A stretch of DNA of 62,629 bases, filler included, from Globobulimina sp. (taxonomy: Eukaryota), in assembly GCA_003354225.1 (NCBI GenBank). It is 36 parts of 36 records of this genome, joined end to end, with 100 filler letters (N's around TTAATTAATTAA, not from the genome) between each part and the next. Parts side by side here need not be neighbours in the genome. Positions count along the whole stretch, not along the records: positions 33,118 to 34,759 come from PIVH01013729.1; positions 34,860 to 36,501 come from PIVH01013730.1; positions 36,602 to 38,243 come from PIVH01013731.1; positions 38,344 to 39,985 come from PIVH01013732.1; positions 40,086 to 41,727 come from PIVH01013733.1; positions 41,828 to 43,469 come from PIVH01013734.1; positions 43,570 to 45,211 come from PIVH01013735.1; 29 more parts are not named here. One strand, written 5' to 3'. The translations under genes were made by a program, and so were the position numbers. The notes below the pieces were generated by a model. It was not told the DNA's origin and did no database searches. It saw only the letters and a list, made by a program, of their open reading frames with translations. The stretch's first letter is position 1. The number at the start of each line of letters is the position of its first letter. This document shows, in pieces, positions 33,221 to 43,601 of the stretch.

Positions 33221-34168
33221 ATGTCTGAAGAAGAGCAAACATTAAATGCTGGTCAGGCTGAAAATACAAGTCACGAAACAAGTAAACAAGAAAAAGTGGA
33301 GAAGCCTGATGAATATACTCCATGGTACAAAAAGCATGGTCGATTTCCAACAGTTCCAGTAAATGATATTAAAGATTTTTTAGACAGTGGTGGAGAATTA
33401 GATATTTATCAATTATTTGCATTCAGATCAATAATTAACCCCATACCGTATCATCAAGTTGAAGATAAACTGGATGCTCTCGAGGACAACTATGAAATTC
33501 CAACTATTGATCTCATTCAATCAAAATTTCTAAATTATTGGCGTGATTTATTAAAATGTATATTGTGCGTTTTAGCCGTAATTATAAGTATTGTTACTTT
33601 GTATTTTAATATATTTGATATTGTGGAAGAATCTGAGCGTGAATGGTGTTCAATGAATGGTCCAATCCAACCCAAACTTGCCGCCATTATCTACACAATA
33701 CTGTTATCCACCACGTTTTCAAGTTTATTGTTTCAAAATCAGCGGGCTGGCTTTTATTGGCAATTACTGCAAAATTATTCAGGTGCATTCCCATCGTGTC
33801 ATTATAATTTTATATCGGCGCGAATCTTAGGATTTGGACGATTTATGAATTTAATTGTTATTTTAAATGCATTTTATTTGAGTTGTTTAATTATATTTTG
33901 GTCGGATAGCGCCATTGATATTATTTTGAATGCTGTGGCCTTATTATTTATAGCTGATATTGACAATATGTTAGTGACCAGTTATGATTGTGAATTGCTT
34001 CATGACTGGTTTGAAGGAATTGGGAATCAATATTTTTGTCAAGTGGCACAAATGAACGAATGTGAAACTAAATTCTGGAGTGCATTGCAAATCATTGGCG
34101 ATGCTTTAGTTAAATTTAGTAAATTTTTAATGTTTGCCGTCCCGGTTTGGGTCGCTGTTTGCTATTAA
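33221..34168 (+). CDS. Multi-pass membrane protein
   Basis: About 5 TM segments, including SDSAIDIILNAVALLFIADIDN. Confidence 0.65.
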   Translation: MSEEEQTLNAGQAENTSHETSKQEKVEKPDEYTPWYKKHGRFPTVPVNDIKDFLDSGGELDIYQLFAFRSIINPIPYHQVEDKLDALEDNYEIPTIDLIQSKFLNYWRDLLKCILCVLAVIISIVTLYFNIFDIVEESEREWCSMNGPIQPKLAAIIYTILLSTTFSSLLFQNQRAGFYWQLLQNYSGAFPSCHYNFISARILGFGRFMNLIVILNAFYLSCLIIFWSDSAIDIILNAVALLFIADIDNMLVTSYDCELLHDWFEGIGNQYFCQVAQMNECETKFWSALQIIGDALVKFSKFLMFAVPVWVAVCY

Positions 34169-34370
34169 ATTGTGCTTGTTTTTCTCACTCATAATTTTAG
34201 TATATTTTTCTGATTGAAAGTGAAATTAAATCACTATTAAATGTTCATTTTTTTCGTCTACATCTCATATTTAATAGACCAGCCGAAAAAAATTGTTCTC
34301 TTTCAGATCGCACCAAAAAAGGTATACAAATTACTGTAAGATTATTATTTTAACACACACACATATTATA

Positions 34371-34759
34371 TTATATATTTGCATATATTTGCATGCACTG
34401 TTCCTCTGTTTTTCCACTTTCTTCACAAATCTTCCTTTTACATGCCATAAATCCAACACCTGAATTCCCACAACCTTTGCTGTTACTCCCTCTTTTCTTT
34501 CGTTCATTTGGATTGGTGCTGGCACAATTATTTGCATTCGCCATTGCCCCGTCACCACATTTATCATCATTGCTTTTACTTTTACCTTTACCCCAACCCC
34601 ATAACCGACGCCTTGTAGTAGCATTTGCCACCGATTCATTGTATAATCCAGGCGCTGTCTTCCAATCCAGTGCAGCATTAATAATGTCGACGATGCCTTC
34701 AATATCACTTTCTTCGATCTCTTCGTGGTTATACAAAAGGGTGATATTCGATCTTGTAA
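34371..34759 (-). CDS. Putative secreted pro-peptide: acidic pro-region, RRRL site, 76-aa six-Cys peptide; 5'-truncated
   Basis: EEIEESDIEGIVD...TTRRRL|WGWGKGKSKS... followed by 6 Cys. The frame is open to the contig edge. Confidence 0.5.
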
Positions 34760-35591
34760 NNNNNNNNNNNNNNNNNNNNNNNNNNNNNNNNNNNNNNNNN
34801 NNNTTAATTAATTAANNNNNNNNNNNNNNNNNNNNNNNNNNNNNNNNNNNNNNNNNNNNTTTGCATCGTCATCATCGTTGTCTGGCATCAACGTTATGGA
34901 TGTTCTGGATGCTTTATGTCTTCTTTTCTTTTTATTTCTGTTCGACGATTTCTTTTTTTTTGATGGGTCTGGTACTAAACACAAAATACCAACGAAAAAT
35001 AATATATTTTCAATGTAAATATACGTACAAAGTTTAACTTGTTGATATATTGTCATGTTCTGATTCATTTCCATTGTTTGTATCATCGTCCTTTTCATCA
35101 TTTGTGTTTTTACTTTTTGAATTTTTTTCCGATGAAAATGCTTTGTTTTTTTTACTCCGTAATGATCCTTATATATATATATGAAGTAAATGTGTATTTT
35201 AGAATGATTGAATGCAGTCACCATTCAAGTCATAACTTTTCCTTTTATTTTCTTTAATGTCATCATCATCATTCTCTGTCTCTGCATCATCATCATCATC
35301 ATTCTCTGGAATTGTTGTGTCAGCTTTAAAAACAGATAATAAAGTGATCAATACATAGTTGTAAAAACACAATATATATTTAACTGTTTGTTTTCGTATC
35401 ATTTGAATTTTTTTCACTATATTCAGAATCATCACTCATATTTTCACTGTTATCTGTTTCTACAACGCTTTGATCTGTCATTGTTGTTGAGACTTGAGAT
35501 TTGAGTAAATATAATTACAACCCCTACAAAGATTATTCAACCCCTACAAAGATTATTAAAGTATAATTGAATATAATCTACAACAAATTGT

Positions 35592-36501
35592 TTATGTCAC
35601 CTTAAGGGCAGCAAGAAAAAATTCCAATGTGCTATATTGAGTCAATTGATTCATGGCAATATCCTGTTGTTTAATAACTTGCAAACTATTAATCCTTTGT
35701 TTATTATCTCGCGAATACAAAATAAATTGCTCGTCACCACTTGCTTTTGTATTATATCCAGTTCCTCCATTATACATTCCAACAAACACTGGATGATATT
35801 TGTCTGCAATTTGTGGACTTAAGTTACATTTCGAACATCGCAGACTGTAAACACCATTGCCAGCAGACTCAATATAAAACATCTCATCTCTCAAACAGTT
35901 GCTTGCTCCGTCAACCACATTGCCATAATTTGCGTTTCCATTCCAAATATTTTGATTACAGCTTCCGCCCAAAGTATGCGCCGATAAATACGCAAAATTG
36001 TGATTAGTCTGTCCATCAATGTACGGATTATAAATGCAGAAACTCTCTCCGTTGTTACTTGTCTCCAAAACCCATCCTGGGTCTCCTTGGTCGTTGGCAT
36101 CGACTGCATTCCCATTGTACTTATACACAGCTCCCTTACTGTTCATTGCTAAGAATGTCTGACTCGAAGCAGCTGATTGTATCCACACATTATACTTCCT
36201 ATTCACATTCAAACTTGTGGAGGAATTAATTTCTAAATACTGCATAGGACACGGAAACAACTGGTTCGCTCCGGTTTGATTATTCAACCTGAGCTTATTG
36301 GCAGTATTTTGGAGCACTGCGGTCCATTCATCCGCTAAATTCTTGTTGATATTGCTTAATTGCGGCATAATGTCACTTAAATAACGAATAAAAATAGCAT
36401 CAAATATGGAGCCATCCCCAGGATTGCCTGCTGTGCAGCCCTTGGCAGTCCATATCCGTCCGAAGCCGTCCCTGTTATCTGCAGTGTATTGGTTATAACT
36501 T
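35592..36501 (-). CDS. Possible GH76-like glycoside hydrolase C-terminus fused to a beta-trefoil-like domain, 5'-truncated
   Basis: The upstream in-frame GCTAGNPGDGSIFDAIFIRYL resembles GH76 DG..FKGIF.RYL. EMFYIESAGNGVYSLR resembles fascin/ricin-type repeats. Confidence 0.4.
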
Positions 36502-36601
36502 NNNNNNNNNNNNNNNNNNNNNNNNNNNNNNNNNNNNNNNNNNNNTTAATTAATTAANNNNNNNNNNNNNNNNNNNNNNNNNNNNNNNNNNNNNNNNNNN
36601 N

Positions 36602-38243
36602 TTAATCTTCTTAATTCTTTTCGTAGTTTCGGTATACAAGTTTTGTGCGGGCAATATCAAGGTGGCATCGCCGGAATGGACGCCGGCATTCTCTACATGT
36701 TCAGAGATGGCATAATTTAATAACTTCCCGGCATGCGCGACCCCATCAAACTCAATCTCTTTGGCGCCAACCACAAATTTCGAGATCACCACCGGATGCG
36801 ATGGGGACACTAACGTTGCGGCGGCCAAATACGTCTCTAATTGTCGCGCGTTGTAAGAGACATTCATAGCAGCTCCAGACAAGACATACGACGGCCGAAT
36901 CAAAACTGGATAGTTCACTTTCGACGCAAACAAAGAAGCTTCCTCAATATTAACTGCCTCGCACCATAGCGGTTGATCGATATGCAACTCATCCAACAAT
37001 TTGCTAAATCGATGTCGATTTTCGGCACAGTCAATATTCTCCGGTTGCGTGCCTAATATTTTACAGCCCGCTTTGTACAAAGGAATGGCTAAGTTATTGG
37101 AGATTTGTCCACCGACAGACACAATGATGCCGCGACAACCACTGCCTTCCAACTCATATATATCCAACACGCGTTCATACGAAAGCTCTTCGAAATACAT
37201 CCGGTCGCATTCATCGTAATCAGTGGACACGGTTTCCGGGTTATAATTGATCACAATCGAGCTCCATTCTTTCTTCTTCTTCAATTTCTTATGATAATGT
37301 TTCTTGTGCTTCCGCTTATAGCTATAACTGCCGTTGATTGAATACGTGTTGCTCTCCGACTTCATGTCAGCGTCTCCGGTTTCGTTCAATTGCCGGATAG
37401 TACGCACTGCGGACACTGCGCACCAATCAAACTCGCACGAGCTCCCAATGCGATAGGCACCGCAACCTAACACGATCACGCCCTTCTCATTGAACACCAA
37501 ATCGTGCTCCGATCCGTTATAAGTGACATATAAATAATTGGTAAACGCAGGGAACTCCGCAGCCAATGTATCGATTTGCTTCACCCACGGCCGAATTGCA
37601 TATTTGTCAATTCTCATTCTACGCACTTCATTTTCAGTCGATTTCAACACGCGCGCAATCTGACGATCACTGAAGCCGTATTTCTTGCATTTGAGCACTA
37701 TGTTTTTCGGTATATTTTGCACAGAATACTTATTCGCGACCATTAACTTTTCAGTCACGATGATATTACGCAACTTGCACAAAAACCAGGGATCAATGGC
37801 GGTCAACGCATGGATTTTGTCCACGCTGTAACCGCGTTGGAAAGCGCAGGCAATGGCAAATATGCGGATATCTGACGGTGAGCTCAACTCTTTGTCTAAT
37901 TCCTGATTGGATAGCCGTTGGATTTCGTTGCTGACAAAACCAAAGCCATCGCATTCGCCATTCACCATTCGGAGAGCTTTGCTCATCGCAGCTTCGAATT
38001 TACGGTCAATGGCCATCACTTCGCCCACAGACTTCATAGCGCTGCCAATGCGACACGACATGAACGAGGTATTGAACTTCTTCATGTCCCATTTGGGTAT
38101 TTTCACCACAATGTAATCCAACGACGGCTCAAAACAGGCCTGCGTAGCTTTGGTGATACTGTTTTTGATGCTGGGCAAGGTCTTATTCAATGACAACTTG
38201 GCAGCGACGTAGGCCAAGGGATAGCCCGTGGCTTTGGAGGCCA
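36602..38243 (-). CDS. Carbamoyl-phosphate synthase large-subunit domain (eukaryotic CAD/CPS type), internal fragment
   Basis: ACFEPSLDYIVVKIPKWD, IGSAMKSVGEVMAI, KQIDTLAAEFPA, GAYRIGSSCEFDWCAV, NYNPETVSTDYD, HVENAGVHSGDATL. Confidence 0.97.
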
Positions 38244-38343
38244 NNNNNNNNNNNNNNNNNNNNNNNNNNNNNNNNNNNNNNNNNNNNTTAATTAATTAAN
38301 NNNNNNNNNNNNNNNNNNNNNNNNNNNNNNNNNNNNNNNNNNN

Positions 38344-39534
38344 TATTTTTATAATAAATTCCAACATTTAAAACCAAATATTGATACATTTAAACATGTT
38401 TTATATGCCTCAAGCAATGGGACTGCATTTTATTTTGGTCAACAAATTCATGAAAATATCAAACATGACATGGATATAATGAGAAACACGTCGATTCAAA
38501 TAAATCTAATACATTTATACGGGAAATGCGGGAAACTGGATATTTGTGCGGAAATATTTGATGATATAAAACATAATGAAATAGATAAATATGAGACAGA
38601 TATTTGTATTTGGAACGCGATGATCCAGGCCCATGCAAGGAATGGTGAATTAAATGCTGTGTTGAGTTTATATTATGATGGAATTAAACAGATAGAAACG
38701 TTAAATGCAGATTGCAAAACATTTACTTTTATAATAAATGGATGCAGTCATTATGGAGACATAAACAGTGCAATAAATGTATGGCGCAATGAGATGGTAT
38801 TTGGGAAATATGATATTTATTTAGTTTCGAGTTTGGTTGATTGCTTATCACGAAAAGGTCAATTAAAAAGTGCTTATGATTTTATTAAAGAGTTTGAGGT
38901 AAATAACAATTATCCAATACAAGTTATGTATAATTCATTGATGAGTGGATGTAAGAAATATAATAATAAACTGATGGCAGAAGAGATATATTACGAAAAC
39001 AAATTAAAATTTGGAGACTATATACCAGCCACAGTTTCATTATCAAATATATATGGAATGGACTATGAATATGATAAAGTGAATAAAATTCGCGATGAGT
39101 TGAAGTTAAAAGGAATTAATAAAATTCCAGGTTTCTCTCAAATGGAAATATTTGGAGAAATTCATCAATTTTATGCAGGCGATACAAGTTATTCCAATGA
39201 TATTGATGTCAAATTAAAAGAGGTCGCGCATGAATTGAAATTATGTTATGGTTATGTGCCTGATTTGAAATGTGTAACGAGACAATTAAATCAAAGTGAA
39301 ACTGCGGAAAATGTGCTATTAACACACAGTGAGAAATTAGCATTGATTTATGGATTATTAAAGACACCAAATGATTATGATTTATTTATTAATAAAAACC
39401 TAAGGATATGTAATGACTGTCACAATTTTATAAAATTATTCACTAAACTCGAGAAACGACAAATAATAGTTGGCGATGCAAATCGTGTCCATAAATTCTA
39501 TGACGGCAACTGCTCATGCAATGACTACTATTGA
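38344..39534 (+). CDS. PLS-class PPR protein with E1-E2 and DYW cytidine deaminase domain, 5'-truncated
   Basis: L (PNIDTFKHVL..GQQIH), S (LIHLYGKCG), P2 (IWNAMIQAHARNG), L2 (TF..IINGCSHYG), S2 (LVDCLSRKG), E1, E2 (LSNIY), PG box (KIPGFSQMEI), HSEKLA, KNLRICNDCH, HKFYDGNCSCNDYY-stop. Confidence 0.95.
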   Translation, partial: YFYNKFQHLKPNIDTFKHVLYASSNGTAFYFGQQIHENIKHDMDIMRNTSIQINLIHLYGKCGKLDICAEIFDDIKHNEIDKYETDICIWNAMIQAHARNGELNAVLSLYYDGIKQIETLNADCKTFTFIINGCSHYGDINSAINVWRNEMVFGKYDIYLVSSLVDCLSRKGQLKSAYDFIKEFEVNNNYPIQVMYNSLMSGCKKYNNKLMAEEIYYENKLKFGDYIPATVSLSNIYGMDYEYDKVNKIRDELKLKGINKIPGFSQMEIFGEIHQFYAGDTSYSNDIDVKLKEVAHELKLCYGYVPDLKCVTRQLNQSETAENVLLTHSEKLALIYGLLKTPNDYDLFINKNLRICNDCHNFIKLFTKLEKRQIIVGDANRVHKFYDGNCSCNDYY

Positions 39535-39613
39535 TGTCTATTTTATGAATAATTAATTTAATACTTTTTCAGTATTACCGGGGTTATCTCTCAAAACTTA
39601 TCGTAAAGTTAAA

Positions 39614-39985
39614 ATGGGAGAGCCAGCTTGCCCGGGTAGTTGCTTCCTTGATACAGACAAAGTAAAACTGTTAAAAAACGGAAAAGAATGTATTGTCCCC
39701 GCAGCTGATATACAGGTCGGAGATTTAATAAAAACAGTATATAATGGTTATCAGCAAGTATATTATATTTGCCTTCCAAAACATAATTTATCATCACCAA
39801 TAATAAAATTAAATTTCAAATCATGTTTCTCAAACAATAAAATGTTAACTGGATCAATTGGATTAACCCCATTTCATTTACTTTATGATCAAGCAGGAAA
39901 ATTAAAACAAGCAAAAGATGTCGAAATCGATGATATTATTCAGACCTCATATGGAGCGGCAGTTGTAACGCAAATTAGCTTCGAA
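39614..39985 (+). CDS. Hint (Hedgehog/intein-type) autoprocessing domain protein, 3'-truncated
   Basis: Block A SCF....V, DIQVGDLI, block B LTPFHLL (TxxH), KQAKDVEIDDII. Confidence 0.8.
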
Positions 39986-41328
39986 NNNNNNNNNNNNNNN
40001 NNNNNNNNNNNNNNNNNNNNNNNNNNNNNTTAATTAATTAANNNNNNNNNNNNNNNNNNNNNNNNNNNNNNNNNNNNNNNNNNNNGGGGCCAAACACGCT
40101 CTGCTTCGAGCTCACTACCACCAGAAGGTGCCGCAGCGCAATGACCTTTAAACCGTAAGAACGGAGCCAGTATGGCATGCGGATGAGTTGCCACGTTGAG
40201 AAGCGATAATAAGCAACAACAAGACCGACGATCACTGGCCCAAAGCAACCATAGGACGAAGGACGGGCGTGCTTCAAATAGGCAATTACAATGCCATCGA
40301 TGAAGGCGCACTTTCAACCTAGTTATTGGAGCATGCAGATTACAGCAGAGGCCCATCGATGCATTCATGAATAAAATCTAATAAAAAACTTAACGAAATC
40401 CATCTAAAAAGTGGTGGGAATGTGCGGATGCGCCGAACTAATAAACCTAATATGTCGAACATGGATGGTAGGAATGGAAAGCATGGTGGCAGAGGCTCAA
40501 AACAGGAGGACCTATGTGTTGAACACGATGGTGGCGGCATTTTGTTTGGCATTAATGCCTACTCCGCTGGAACGCGATGCCCAGTCGCCGAGGATATATA
40601 TGCCTCACGGACGGAGGTTACTGCATTAATGAGGTTTTTATGCCTCACCTTCTAGCCCCCCGAACCGTGGATTTTTCGCCCAAGCAACTTGAGTGAAACT
40701 CAGAGGTTGCTCCCAATCAACACAATTATAGGCCTGGATAGTGATGGAAATGGACGGATTTGCGGTAGGAATGGTGCGACCACGGCGATTGTGGTAATTT
40801 CGGCCATGGCGATCATCGCGGTATGACCACGTCGATTGTGGCATTATTTTCGACGATTCGACGATTTAGCATCATCGACGATCATCGCGGATTTAATCTG
40901 AATAAATTAATTAATTTGTCTATAAAAAATATATATAAAAATTAAATATGTAAAAAAATATAACAAAAAAAAAGTATATAAAAAAAAAACAAAAAAAAGA
41001 AATTTCTTAACAACTCAATTTGTGGCAATCTCGATATTTGATGCGTTCCCGGCATTTGGTGGCGATTTAATGGCTGCGGACGTCGATACGAATTAATTAA
41101 TTATATCTGTATATATTATATATTATAAATTATAGACAAACAAACAGAAAAAGAAAGAGAAAGAAAAAGAGAAAGATATTTAAAAAAAATTAACTTTTTT
41201 TTTCTTGAATCTATAATTTGATTATTCATCAAATTAATTGATTAATTAATGAATATATGATTGATTTCACCCAAACCAGGCATTTAATGGGAACCTGGAT
41301 GGGTTTTTTCTCAATCAATAGGACACGG

Positions 41329-41442
41329 ACTCATTATCACTCATTCTGCGGTGGCAAATCGCAGAAATTACAAATCTCATTTTCGCAGAAATTACACAAC
41401 TCATTATCACTCATTCTGCGGTGGCAAATCGCAGAAATTACA
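41329..41442. repeat. 44-bp direct repeat (period 70) within a degenerate CTCATT-rich array extending to about 41710
   Basis: ACTCATTATCACTCATTCTGCGGTGGCAAATCGCAGAAATTACA at 41329..41372 and 41399..41442. Confidence 0.85.
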
Positions 41443-41827
41443 CAACTTATTTTCACTCATTTCGCGGCGGGCATTACAAAACTCATTATTCAACCCATTC
41501 CGCGACAATTAGGACAAAATATTTACTACGACGTTTGGCGCGATCTCAATCAACATCGCGATGAACGTAAACCAATCCGTAAGGACATAATTCAACTCAT
41601 TCTCAAACTGCGAATATGCGTGGCAAATCTCATTATTTTGCCTAATTTCCAATTTCTTCTCTCAATCAACCCAATCATTGCGACGACGAATTCAAATCAA
41701 CTCATTTCGGACACGATACGTAATGGTNNNNNNNNNNNNNNNNNNNNNNNNNNNNNNNNNNNNNNNNNNNNTTAATTAATTAANNNNNNNNNNNNNNNNN
41801 NNNNNNNNNNNNNNNNNNNNNNNNNNN

Positions 41828-41986
41828 CGTGTCACAGGTCAGAACCCTTGGTTGTCTTGGCAAGTTACTACCACCACCAATGTGCTGTTCTTCTTCTTGA
41901 TGTTGAAATTTAGGTACCAACCAATCGGGAATAGGTTCAGGAATATTCGAAGTACCAGTAGAAATACCAGTCAAACCAGTTGACAT
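41828..41986 (-). CDS. Small Polinton protein, N-terminus (candidate protease-cleaved core protein)
   Basis: Directly follows the penton. QHIGGG resembles adenain-type cleavage sites. Confidence 0.4.
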
Positions 41987-42022
41987 GACCGCATAGGAAA
42001 TTAAAATTATGAAGAATGAAAA

Positions 42023-42883
42023 TTATAGCAAGCAGTATCCTTTTTGAAAGTGCAATGTCAATATGAAGGGGGCATCATCAAGCCATGTGACAGGCTTATT
42101 CATTTCATTGACAATGTCAATTTCCAAGTTTCGCAAGGTAGACAATTGGACCGGTTGGTAGGTACGGTTATGAATCCTATGTTCCACATAATGGCGTTCA
42201 CCATAGACGATGGCTTGGCTACTGCTGACTCTGTAAGGCATGGCTTGTACAGTATCCAACAATGGTAGCCATTTGTCACCGACGAAAGAATGCTTGACAC
42301 CGTCCATCATGACAGACAGCAGCTGATTTCCATAGACAATGAATTCTGGGTAGTTAGCTATATATTCTTTATCGATTCCAAGTTGATCAGCTGTTATTAG
42401 GTGACCTGGGTTAAATCCAAGTTTCTTGCTAAGTTTGTCACTTAGGTAAAAACCGTAGTTTAGATTTTTGGCAAAATTCAATGTTATTCTGTATTTCCTA
42501 CTATCCTTGTCGTAAGCCCATTTGACAGCTCTCTTTGGCAGTACAGTTCCAACTTTCAAGAAATCTGAAACTTCGTTGCTGCCAAACAATGTATTCAAGG
42601 CGGAAGCCACATTTTCTGGCTTGAAGAAAAATGTAGTCAACTGAGGGAAAACATATAAGCTGTCGATCATTTCTTGCTGTTCGTTAAACTTCTCCAACAC
42701 GATAAATGAATCTTTGTCAAAAATGTTGATGTAACCAGAGAAGAATATGCTTTTCACAGCTACTTGCCAGTGAGCATTGCTGTCAAGCGTAGGCAAAGCG
42801 GACGGTATCATAAAACAATATTTTCTGCCATACTGGTGACTAGACTTGTCACTGTGAAGTTGAACAGTAAATTCGTTAGTCAT
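42023..42883 (-). CDS. Polinton minor capsid protein (penton, single jelly-roll)
   Basis: F.V.L.SD.S, WQVAVKSI, SFVGD..LPLL, YQPV....L.NLEIDI.NE..KPV.....ILTLHF. The start overlaps the integrase stop by 8 nt (ATGACTAA). Confidence 0.8.
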   Translation of the reverse strand: MTNEFTVQLHSDKSSHQYGRKYCFMIPSALPTLDSNAHWQVAVKSIFFSGYINIFDKDSFIVLEKFNEQQEMIDSLYVFPQLTTFFFKPENVASALNTLFGSNEVSDFLKVGTVLPKRAVKWAYDKDSRKYRITLNFAKNLNYGFYLSDKLSKKLGFNPGHLITADQLGIDKEYIANYPEFIVYGNQLLSVMMDGVKHSFVGDKWLPLLDTVQAMPYRVSSSQAIVYGERHYVEHRIHNRTYQPVQLSTLRNLEIDIVNEMNKPVTWLDDAPFILTLHFQKGYCLL

Positions 42884-43469
42884 TATTTGTGGGAACCAAC
42901 CAGTTTTCGGGATAGCTTCCTTGAAGACTGATATGTGGTTTCGTACTCGTCTTTAAGTAATAGGAAGTCATAGGCAAGGTAGGCTTGATTCCTGTCACAA
43001 CATACTTTTGGTTTTCAATAACAGGATCGCTGGACTTGAAAAACTTAGATCTGCTTTTCTTTCTCAGATAAACCAGGGAACCTATATGAAATTTTCGTTT
43101 TAATGGGCCATTCAATTTGTCAAGCAGTTTGGATTTCTGTTTAAGTTCATACTGGATAACTTGTGCAGCGTTGGCAGGTTTCAACGCCTGAGTTGGTGTC
43201 ATTCCGATACTTCTATGGTATTGATGGTTGTATGATTCCGTAGCCATTTTGAAAGCTACCAATGGTATCTTTGCAGCTCCACTGTCCAATATTCTACCAA
43301 CTTTAAGTCTAAGTGTCCTATGCCAACGTTCCACAACTGATGTCTTGTTAGGGTTTCTTGGATTGCTGAACATATGACGAATACCTTTGTCTGTCAACAT
43401 CTGATGGAAATGCGCCTTAAATTCGGCAACATTATCAGATCTAATAGTTACTGGCATTGTTCCTGAATA
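42876..43469 (-). CDS. Retroviral-type (rve) integrase of a Polinton, 5'-truncated
   Basis: IRSDN..EF, K.SVVERWHRTLR, SYNHQYHRSIGMTP, KFHIGSLVYL..K..F.K, G.YPE..L. Confidence 0.9.
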   Translation of the reverse strand, partial: YSGTMPVTIRSDNVAEFKAHFHQMLTDKGIRHMFSNPRNPNKTSVVERWHRTLRLKVGRILDSGAAKIPLVAFKMATESYNHQYHRSIGMTPTQALKPANAAQVIQYELKQKSKLLDKLNGPLKRKFHIGSLVYLRKKSRSKFFKSSDPVIENQKYVVTGIKPTLPMTSYYLKTSTKPHISLQGSYPENWLVPTNND

Positions 43470-43601
43470 NNNNNNNNNNNNNNNNNNNNNNNNNNNNNNN
43501 NNNNNNNNNNNNNTTAATTAATTAANNNNNNNNNNNNNNNNNNNNNNNNNNNNNNNNNNNNNNNNNNNNGTTCAACCTTCAACCAAAGGCAAAATTACCT
43601 G

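Larger units (their letters stand above)
41828..43469 (-). mobile_element. Polinton/Maverick (adintovirus-like) internal fragment: integrase - penton - small core-like gene
   Basis: Gene order, overlapping intronless ORFs and higher GC than neighbouring contigs. See the component CDSs. Confidence 0.8.

Noticed and set aside
35518-35557. 20-bp tandem duplication CAACCCCTACAAAGATTATT; also a 42-bp coding duplication near 27500..27590
   Set aside because: Two-copy local duplications with no spacers or further structure.
40087-40632. Long + frame interrupted only by TAA/TAG, suggesting a ciliate-type genetic code
   Set aside because: The read-through protein resembles nothing I recognise, a TGA-free run of this length can arise by chance, and host genes here end in TAA, TAG and TGA.
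38344-43469. Apparent cluster DYW + Hint + Polinton as one system
   Set aside because: Only DYW and Hint share a contig. The Polinton is two linkers away, and contig order reflects length only.
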